52,140 nt of DNA from Deltaproteobacteria bacterium. Its GTDB lineage: Bacteria; Myxococcota; JACRCW01. The first letter of the stretch is position 1, and the number at the start of each line of letters is the position of its first letter. This document shows, in pieces, positions 1 through 7,561 of the stretch. The DNA is taken from NCBI GenBank assembly GCA_016218805.1, contig JACRCW010000101.1:1-52140 (forward strand), read 5' to 3'. The translations under genes were made by a program, and so were the position numbers. Below the pieces are notes generated by a model. It had not been told where the DNA came from. It saw only the letters and a list, made by a program, of their open reading frames with translations, and did not search any database.

Positions 1-287
1 GGCTGTGCCGGTGCATGGCGACGTCACGGGTGTCCCGCTGGCGTCCCGGCCGGGGGCGGCCGGGCCACACCGCGCTGGCGTGCTACCTGGCCGCAGCGGC
101 GTTGTCGATCCCAGCGTCTACAACCATCTCGCATCACACCCATGCCAGGTGGCGCGCAACTGGGGGCCTGAACGGGCCTGAACGGTTAGGCGCTGGGTGG
201 ACCCTTGACAGAAGAACCGGCGCGATCTGACGCTCCAACAACCCACGAGTTCTGGGAGGAGGCGTACCATGACGTTGCCCAAGCCGT

Positions 288-554
288 ATGTCGTGCACCC
301 GTTGCATCCCGCGCTGCCGGTCGCCATTTGGCTTTGGGTTTCGGGATCCGTGCGACAAACACGATGAGTGCTACCAAACGTGTGGCAGTGACAAGGCGGC
401 GTGCGACGAGGCCTTTCGGCAGAGCCTGCTCCGCGTCTGCGGCTCCAACCCGTCCTGCAGGGGGCTAGCAAACACCTACTACAACATGGTCCGTGACTAT
501 GGTCAGAGTTCCTATGACGGCGATCAGCTGTACTGGTGTCAATGCTGCCCATGA
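288..554 (+). CDS. Secreted-type phospholipase A2-like domain (CxxHDxCY), probably an orphan toxin C-terminal fragment
   Basis: Translation contains GFGFRDPCDKHDECYQTCGSDKAACDEAF...C...C...ANTYYNMV...Q..CQC, a group XII/prokaryotic sPLA2-like pattern. In-frame stops lie just upstream (270-272) and there is no signal peptide, so the start is uncertain. Confidence 0.7.
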   Translation: MSCTRCIPRCRSPFGFGFRDPCDKHDECYQTCGSDKAACDEAFRQSLLRVCGSNPSCRGLANTYYNMVRDYGQSSYDGDQLYWCQCCP

Positions 555-1561
555 CCCAACGTCAGTGGCTGGCGCGTTCCGGCATGTTGATGCCCATCCT
601 GGGGTTGGCCGGCTGCTACGCCGTCCTCCCTCCTTGGCTGGGCAACCTGTTGAATACCTTTCATCCAGGGAACTGGCCTCCCGCAATCCTGAAAGGGCAG
701 GACCTGTTCAAGCGCACTCCTGTTCCAAATGAAGCCGCGGGGCCACGCGGGGTCTTTGACAAAGGGCGTGGTCTTGAGATCGCGCATTTCACTGACACGG
801 AAATAGAATTCTTGGATCCAACGACCTTCGACGTCCGTGAGCGAGTACCGTTCTCCGGTGTTCCGTGCTTCGGGTACAATCGCCCGGCCGGCCTTCGGCC
901 CTGCGACTTGATCAGCATTCGAAGCGACGGCGTCCTGAACTTCATGGCCGGGAGATCCGTTGGCGGCGATGACGTTGGACTTGCCGACGTAAATGGTGAG
1001 GAGGTGTGGAGGTTTCAGCCAACTCCCGGGGCCCACGCAGACCGAATGATCGCGGTGGACCTCGACGCAGATGGCGAGAAGGAGTTCTATGCCATAACGA
1101 TGGACGCGCTCTTTCGTCTCGACTCGACCGGGCGCGTGGTGTGGCGGGTCTCCACGCCGGCGTTCAACTGGTCATTGGATTGGATGCCGTCGTACCAAGA
1201 CCGGCCCCCAGCCGTTGTGACGGAGGCTGGCTTGTGGAACGCTAGGGGTAACCTTGTCCAGGAGATGAGGATTCGCGATCCATACTCGGTCAAGGTGGTC
1301 AGATGGAATGCGCATCCCTGCCTCGCACACGTCACGGACAGCGGGTCTGGCGTGCACATTCATGAGGTGAACGGGTCGCTCCAGTCCCAAGGGGAGATAG
1401 GACCGTTTGCTGTCAACGAGATCTTCACGGTCCGGTTGAAGCCCGACGCCCCGGAATGGGTCGTTGTGCGGGGCTTCACTCACTGGGTCAAACACGGGGA
1501 ACTCAGCATCTTCAATCACGACGGCGCGCTTGTGTACCGGGAGATTCGCACCGGCCGATGA
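551..1561 (+). CDS. Putative lipoprotein with beta-propeller/FG-GAP-like repeats; candidate immunity protein; C-terminus probably frameshifted
   Basis: The ATG at 551 overlaps the PLA2 stop (ATGA). It has a lipobox-like ILGLAGC, an AVDLDADGEKEF motif and repeated GxxxW strands. Confidence 0.6.
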   Translation: MTQRQWLARSGMLMPILGLAGCYAVLPPWLGNLLNTFHPGNWPPAILKGQDLFKRTPVPNEAAGPRGVFDKGRGLEIAHFTDTEIEFLDPTTFDVRERVPFSGVPCFGYNRPAGLRPCDLISIRSDGVLNFMAGRSVGGDDVGLADVNGEEVWRFQPTPGAHADRMIAVDLDADGEKEFYAITMDALFRLDSTGRVVWRVSTPAFNWSLDWMPSYQDRPPAVVTEAGLWNARGNLVQEMRIRDPYSVKVVRWNAHPCLAHVTDSGSGVHIHEVNGSLQSQGEIGPFAVNEIFTVRLKPDAPEWVVVRGFTHWVKHGELSIFNHDGALVYREIRTGR

Positions 1562-1650
1562 TTCGGGTTGTAGAAGGGCCGCCCAATGGCCCGGACGAGC
1601 TGTTTATCTCGGAGTTCAATGGTCCTGTGGTCCGCTGGGAGTTGCCCTGA
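1558..1650 (+). pseudogene. Probable out-of-frame C-terminal tail of the 551..1561 protein
   Basis: MIRVVEGPPNGPDELFISEFNGPVVRWELP reads like a final propeller blade and starts on the preceding stop (ATGA). Confidence 0.4.
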
Positions 1651-1976
1651 GACGCCGATGGGTGATGTCGCCCGAAGGTTGCGCGGCGCCGACGAGGCCG
1701 CCGTGGTGGTTACCGTTCCTTCCCGCCAATTCGAGGATGTGGCTGAGGAGACGTCGCGTCTCCAAGGTCGTTCCGCTTCCAGCGGCGGTCTTGCCGGGCG
1801 GTTATCACTGCGCAGGTGACGCGGCGTCGTGGAGGAGGCGCTGCGCGCGGTGGTGGCAGCCAGAAGCGGTCGGAGGCCGCGTAGTTGAGGCAGCCTACTG
1901 CGTGCACAACTGGTTTCCGGCCGGCCGGCCGGCTACCGGATGCACTTTCTGTTTCTGACTGCAGCGCGAGGGCAAG

Positions 1977-2729
1977 ATGACCATGTTACTTGCAGCTCTT
2001 GCCCTTTTGACAGCCGGACAGGTGCCGGACGATGAATGTGCGAAACAGCTGCGGTTCATCCGGGCCGCGACAGGTGCGGAGAAGGACGAATGGACACGGA
2101 GGGTTATTGCTGCCTCAGCGCGACGTGAGACGGCGCACGATCCGATTTGCTTGGTAGGCGCAGTGACCCCAGAAGACCAGTGGTTGATTCCTACCTTGGG
2201 TGAATTGCTGCGAAGCCCCGTCGACTCGGTGGCCCTCGCAGCGCACCACAAATTGCTGGATCTATTTCGGCCGCAGGCAGCCGACGTGTATGCCGCTGCC
2301 CTGACCGATCAAAGGACCATCCCGTACGTCCGGAAGCTGATCCTGGTGGATCTTGCTTGGTTCGGGCTCAACCACCCAACGGTCATCGCAGCGCTGGATG
2401 AAAAATGCAGGGAGCAGGAAAAAATGTCATGGGGGATCTTCCTGTTAGGGCACGGCGGGTGTCGTGAGGAGGGGGGACAGTGCCCTTTCTTCGTGGAAGT
2501 CCCGTATATTTGCAGCAGGGGTTTGGCCGCGAACACTCCGCTCAAGCGCCACGACCTGATCAATAGCGTGGATGGCACCGTTTTCAAGGAGGGGGAGGAC
2601 CTCCTGCTCTATCTGTCATCGCGGTCATCCGCGGTGTTTGAGGTGGAGCGCGGCGGGAAGGTGATGACCTTTAAGATCACCAGGGAAGGAACCGGAGTTA
2701 ACCTCAATTCGAGGGGGCACGCCAAGTGA
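1977..2729 (+). CDS. Exported hypothetical protein with a helical region and a C-terminal PDZ-like domain
   Basis: Signal-like N-terminus MTMLLAALALLTAG. The C-terminal GLAANTPLKRHDLINSVDG...FEVERGGK matches the PDZ AxxAGLxxGDxIxxVDG...VxRxG pattern. Confidence 0.6.
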   Translation: MTMLLAALALLTAGQVPDDECAKQLRFIRAATGAEKDEWTRRVIAASARRETAHDPICLVGAVTPEDQWLIPTLGELLRSPVDSVALAAHHKLLDLFRPQAADVYAAALTDQRTIPYVRKLILVDLAWFGLNHPTVIAALDEKCREQEKMSWGIFLLGHGGCREEGGQCPFFVEVPYICSRGLAANTPLKRHDLINSVDGTVFKEGEDLLLYLSSRSSAVFEVERGGKVMTFKITREGTGVNLNSRGHAK

Positions 2730-2748
2730 GGGGCAATCCAGGGAGAGG

Positions 2749-3974
2749 GTGACAACAGATGAGCTTGACGCCACGCCAGCGTTTGCCGAGATTTCGGTCA
2801 GCGAACCGGGCTCCAAGGGAGCGGACATGGCAGCATTGCGCTCGGCACCATTGGAGTTCCAACAGCATGCTCCCCTGATGGCGGCACCGGCGAGGGTCTC
2901 GGTGCAGCCCAAACCGGGGGCGCCGGGGGTCGCTACTGCCGCGCAAGTCTTCATGCCGCAGCGCATTGCTGTCGCGTCGGCACCCGCGCGCATCGTCCTT
3001 GGAGACCTACGGCCTCGCGTTGTCGCTCCCACGAGCGCAGCGCACTCCTGCAGTGGATGCTCAGGGTGCGGCACCGGCGGTGCCTGCAAGGGATGCAAGT
3101 GCAAGGGGTGCCCTGCCAGCGGCTGTCCAAAGGGCGGCACCGGCGGTGCCTGCAAGGGATGCAAGTGCAAGGCGTGCCCCTCCAGCGGCTGTCCAAAGGG
3201 GTGTTCTGCAAGTGCGGCGGGAGACAGGGAACGGCGGCGAGGGCCGCCCGCGCCACAGCCGATGGCGACCATACATATCACCGAGACAGAAGAGGGGACC
3301 TCGGCGGGCAGCCAAGGTGGGGCCGCCGGAGGAACCTCCGGGTCCGCCGGAACAACGTCCTCAGGGAGCCAGGCTGAGTCCTGCGCAACGAGGGCGAGGC
3401 GCCAGTGGTTGCAGTGCTTGGCGTGGGTGGACGAGGAGAACGGGACGGCGAACACCCCACAGCGTCGTGCGGCGATGGCGGCCTGTCGCTCCCGGTATGC
3501 GGACGAAGCGGCGGCGTGCCGGGCGGGTGGCGCGGCGGTGGCCCGGAAGAGGAAATGCGTCACTTCGCACAACAGGCGCGCGCTCACGCGCCGAGGCAGC
3601 AGGCCATCGTCGACAATCCGCCGGGGCCGGAGTGGGGGAGTTCAGCTCCGAGCAGCGAACCAGGCGGTGCCGGAGATGCGGTGACCCCCGGGGATTTCCA
3701 ATTGGGCGGGCGCCCGGGTGCGGGCCTCGGGATCCAAATTCGCGACGAAAGCACCACGGGCTGTCAACTGAAGGCAAAGTTCCTCGACGACCCGTCATTG
3801 CCGTATTGCGAGAACACAGAGGACGCAACCGCATACTGCGTGGCTGAGTTTGGCAACTACAACGAAAGGGTTGGCCGCTGGTATCGTCAAGATGCGCCAA
3901 CAACGGGACTATTGCAGAGTGCTGGTATTGCCCGGTTACTGGGGCTCGGAGACCAAGTTCATGACCGCTCATAG
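2749..3974 (+). pseudogene. Cys-rich hypothetical gene, probably frameshifted near 3530 (frames 2749..3684 and 3405..3974)
   Basis: GTG start after GGGAGAGG. The reading is protein-like in the first frame up to ...AAACRAGG, then in the second frame (GGGPEEEMRHFAQQ...PYCENTEDATAYCVAEFG). Confidence 0.45.
3068..3200 (+). repeat. Two 66-bp tandem copies encoding GTGGACKGCKCKxCPxSGCPKG
   Basis: gcggcaccggcggtgcctgcaagggatgcaagtgcaagg occurs at 3068 and 3134. Confidence 0.95.
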
Positions 3975-4028
3975 CCGGTGATTGGAGCCGGCCGCCCGCG
4001 CTGGCTTTCACACCAAGGGGGAACTCGG

Positions 4029-4379
4029 ATGCACCTGTGCACCAACGCTTCAAGATGCTCGGCGCTGGTTGGCTTGATTGCGCTGGGATGCCCGGGGGCC
4101 GCTGGGCCCGAACCCGCACACCCCGCCCCATCGGGTGTCACGCCCTCGTCCGGGCCGCATTCGCGTGAGTCCGGGGACCGCGAGTCGCTCGATGAGGTCT
4201 CGCGCCGCGGGACGATGGCGCCTCCCAGTGATCCGGGCTCCCTGGCGGCGACTCGCCGCGAGACGTACTGCAAAGAGAAGCCCCGTCTCGAGGCGCTCCT
4301 GCGGGAGAACCCAAGCGGCCCCAAAGCTGAGCGACTGAGGCTGATTCTTGCCGGGCCGGAACTGAAGGACTGCCCGTGA
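4029..4379 (+). CDS. Small hypothetical lipoprotein-like protein
   Basis: AAGGGGGA upstream of the ATG at 4029; hydrophobic segment ending LIALGC. Confidence 0.45.
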   Translation: MHLCTNASRCSALVGLIALGCPGAAGPEPAHPAPSGVTPSSGPHSRESGDRESLDEVSRRGTMAPPSDPGSLAATRRETYCKEKPRLEALLRENPSGPKAERLRLILAGPELKDCP

Positions 4380-4452
4380 AGCTTTCGGCGGCATGCAAGC
4401 GGGCAACGCTTGCTGAGCGACCCCAGTTCACCCGCGAGGCCCCGTTGCGCTC

Positions 4453-6909
4453 CTACGCGGCGTCCGCCCCCACGGACGCCACCGGGATGCTGGGCACGGG
4501 CATGCCGTACGGAAGCCGCACATCAGGGCGGTACTCAAACTTGCAGCTGCCCATGTAGATGAGCGCCTGCGCGCGCTGGTTCAGGAAGCCCACGTAAGAC
4601 TGGTAGACCGCATCCTCCGGGGAGAGGCCCGCGCGGATGAGCGCGTTGTAGATGCCCTCACCCTCGCCGAGCACCAGCCGCACCAGCCCGTCCAGCGCAG
4701 GCACGTCCAGCGTCATCCAGTCCACCGCCTGGTCCAGGAAGGACGGGTAGGGCCCCGCCAGGCAGACGTAATGCAGCATCCCGTCCACGATGTAGAGCGC
4801 CGCGTAGTGCCCGGCCTGCGACGTCAGGGAGAACGCGCCGGTGGCCTTCTGGGTCTGGTAGGCCTGCAGGAGGTGTCCCATGCGCGCGGTGTGCGTCTGG
4901 CCCTGGTGGCGCGGCGGGTCGCCCAGGCCGGGGAACAGCGTCAGCGAATCCAGCCCGAACAGCGCGCCCAGGTCCGCGGAGTTGCGCGGCGCGCTCTGGG
5001 GCAACGCCACGGTGAACTGGCGCGGGTTCTGCGCGTTGGCCATGAAGCTGACGACCTCACGCGCGTTCATGGCGGCGGGCGGCTGGCCGGGGACCTCCAG
5101 CGTGTACGGCGCGTCCGGGCGTGACACGCCGCGGGTGGGCGCGCCGCGCCGGCTGGACGGCGGAGGCGACAGGATGGGCGCGACGGCGGGGGCCGGGGCC
5201 GGCGGCGCCGGTGGGGGCGGGGCCTGCGTGAGGAGCGCCGGTTCGTCCGCGGGCTCCAGCGCCTCTACGCGGCCACCCCCGGCAATGACCGCCGGCGCTG
5301 CGGGCTCCTCCACGTGGGTCTCCGTGGCGGCGGGGGCCGGCGCGGCCAGCCCCAGCGCCTCGTCGGAGGGAATGGGAATCTCGGTGCCGGTTTCCTCGTC
5401 GGGCCCCACCAGCAGTTCCACGCTGCTGCCCTGGGAGGCCGCCTCGCCTGAGGCGAACACCGACTCATCCACCGCGGGCATGCCGGCGTTGGTGAGTTGC
5501 ACGCCGGGCAGTTCGCCGGTGGTGTCCGGGAACGCATCCGGTCCGGGCGCCGCGGTCAGGCCGGTGAAGGACAGGGGTTCCGCTTCCTCCTCCGGCAGCG
5601 GCTCGTCCGCGCCGGGGCCCGGTCGCGTGGGTGGGTCCACAAACGCCTCAACATCCACGCTGGAGGAATCCTCCTCCTCGGGCGGACCGGGCCGCGTGGG
5701 CGGGTCCACAAACGCGTCCAGCTCCACGCCGGAGCCGCCTTCCGGCGGTGCGTCATCATCTTGCAGGGGCGGCGGCGGGGCGGGGGGCGGCGCCTCCGCG
5801 CGCACGTCCTCCATCCGCGTGCGCACGCTGTCCTCCACGCTGGCCAGCGGCCGGTCAAAGCTCTCATTGAACAGGCCCCAACTGGAGGTGGTGTCCTCCT
5901 CCGGCAGGTCCAGCTCCTCGGCCATGGTGACGTTCTCCACGGGGCGCGGGAGCGCGGCAATCTCCTCCGGGGTGAGCACCTTCACGTACTGGCCCAGCAG
6001 CTTGGCCAGCGCCTGGCTCAATGCGCGCGGGTTGGTCCCGGCCAGCCCGGGCAGCAGCGCCTTCTCCAGCGCGGCCGCGGTTTCAAACCGCGCCTCCGCG
6101 TGGCGGGACAGCGCCTGCAGGCACGCCTGGGACACCGCTTCCGGGCACGCCGGCTCCACCTGCCGGGGCGCGGGCACGTCCTGGGTGAGCACGGCGGTGA
6201 TGATGTCCATGTCGGACTTGCCCTTGAACAGCCGCTTGCCCGTCAGGCACTCCCACAGCAGCACGCCCGCGCTGAACACGTCGGCGCGCTGGTCGCTCTG
6301 TTCCTGCTGCATGACCTCAGGTGCCATGTAGCTGAGCTTGCCCTTGAGCTGGCCCAGGGTGGCCAGCACCATGGGGTCCGCGCGGCTGGCCACGCCAAAG
6401 TCCGCCAGCTTCACCACGCCGTCACGCATGACCACCACGTTGGAGGGGCTCACGTCCCGGTGGACCAGCATCAGCGCGCGGCCCTTGGCGTCCTTGAGGC
6501 CGTGCAGGTGCACCAGCGCGCGCACCACGCTCCACACCACGTAGGTGGCCAGCTGCACGGGCAGCTTCTTGCGCGCGCGCGCCAGGAACCCCAGCAGGCG
6601 CCCCAGGTCACACCCGTCCGCGTACTCCATGACCAGGAAGCGCTCGTCGCCGTCCGCCTCCATGCCGTGCACCACCAGCACGTTGGAGTGCCGCAGGCGC
6701 GCGGCCAGGCGGGCCTCGCGTTCCAGCGCTTTGACCACGTTCTCGTCAACGCTCAGCGTGGGACGGATGCGCTTGAGCGCGTACAGCTTGCCGGCGTCCT
6801 CGCCGGTGCGAGGCTCGGCCAGGAACACCTCACCCATGCCGCCGGAGCCCAGCAGCGCCAGGACGTTGAACCGTCCCAGGATGAACGGATTGAAGGCCTC
6901 CGCCGTCAC
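4453..6909 (-). CDS. Hanks-type Ser/Thr protein kinase with an acidic Pro-rich linker and a C-terminal DUF4388/PATAN-like domain
   Basis: GSGGMGEV, ALKRI, HRDVSPSN, DFG, GKLSYMAPE and DVFSAG motifs; C-terminal ATGAFSL...LYIVDG. Confidence 0.95.
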   Translation of the reverse strand: MTAEAFNPFILGRFNVLALLGSGGMGEVFLAEPRTGEDAGKLYALKRIRPTLSVDENVVKALEREARLAARLRHSNVLVVHGMEADGDERFLVMEYADGCDLGRLLGFLARARKKLPVQLATYVVWSVVRALVHLHGLKDAKGRALMLVHRDVSPSNVVVMRDGVVKLADFGVASRADPMVLATLGQLKGKLSYMAPEVMQQEQSDQRADVFSAGVLLWECLTGKRLFKGKSDMDIITAVLTQDVPAPRQVEPACPEAVSQACLQALSRHAEARFETAAALEKALLPGLAGTNPRALSQALAKLLGQYVKVLTPEEIAALPRPVENVTMAEELDLPEEDTTSSWGLFNESFDRPLASVEDSVRTRMEDVRAEAPPPAPPPPLQDDDAPPEGGSGVELDAFVDPPTRPGPPEEEDSSSVDVEAFVDPPTRPGPGADEPLPEEEAEPLSFTGLTAAPGPDAFPDTTGELPGVQLTNAGMPAVDESVFASGEAASQGSSVELLVGPDEETGTEIPIPSDEALGLAAPAPAATETHVEEPAAPAVIAGGGRVEALEPADEPALLTQAPPPPAPPAPAPAVAPILSPPPSSRRGAPTRGVSRPDAPYTLEVPGQPPAAMNAREVVSFMANAQNPRQFTVALPQSAPRNSADLGALFGLDSLTLFPGLGDPPRHQGQTHTARMGHLLQAYQTQKATGAFSLTSQAGHYAALYIVDGMLHYVCLAGPYPSFLDQAVDWMTLDVPALDGLVRLVLGEGEGIYNALIRAGLSPEDAVYQSYVGFLNQRAQALIYMGSCKFEYRPDVRLPYGMPVPSIPVASVGADAA

Positions 6910-6985
6910 GACTCCACCGCGCCGGGACCCACCCGGCGCCGGCGTCCTCTTTGGAATGGAACGGACAGACCGTCAACCACGCGGG

Positions 6986-7528
6986 TCAACGGTACGCGGG
7001 CGAAGGGAACAACCCTGTCAGCGTGTCCCGCAGCGCGCCCGCGGACGGCGTGGCGGTGTCCAGGCCCCACCAGCGGTAGTCCGTGAGGCCGGGGAGGTAG
7101 AAGTTGCGGCACTCCCAGGACAGGCTGGTTTCCAGCAGCAGCTTGTCCCCGGAGAAGAACCGGATGCCCCACGCCGGCTTGTGGCAGGACCGGGCCTGCC
7201 CGGCGGCAAACGCCTGCTGGCGCCACAGGCCGGCCAGCCGGGCGGCGTCCTGCGCGTCCAGCACTCGCACGGCGCGCACCTGCGCAAAGTCCCCGTAGGG
7301 ATAGACGGGGAAGGGGGGCGCGGTGGCGGACGCGCCGGAGGAGTCCGGGCGCGGCAGGCGCGGCCCCAGCAGCGCCACCTCCACGCGGTCCACCGCCGGC
7401 AGCTCCCGCAGGAACGGCGCGGTGCGCGCATCCTCAGCATTGTTTCCGCGGGCGGCCCCCAGCAGGGCCAGGGCCGCCACTGTTGCCGCCACGCCCCGCG
7501 GCCGGCTCCACCACGTGCTCCCGAACAT
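6986..7528 (-). CDS. Exported conserved hypothetical protein
   Basis: Signal-like N-terminus; CHKPAWGIRF...LETSLSWECRNFY motif; GC3-rich codon use. Confidence 0.7.
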   Translation of the reverse strand: MFGSTWWSRPRGVAATVAALALLGAARGNNAEDARTAPFLRELPAVDRVEVALLGPRLPRPDSSGASATAPPFPVYPYGDFAQVRAVRVLDAQDAARLAGLWRQQAFAAGQARSCHKPAWGIRFFSGDKLLLETSLSWECRNFYLPGLTDYRWWGLDTATPSAGALRDTLTGLFPSPAYR

Positions 7529-7561
7529 GCCCGGCGTTCTACCACGCCTGGTTGCGCCGGC

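Noticed and set aside
15..230. 71-aa ORF at the window start
   Set aside because: No recognisable motif or SD; it cannot be supported.
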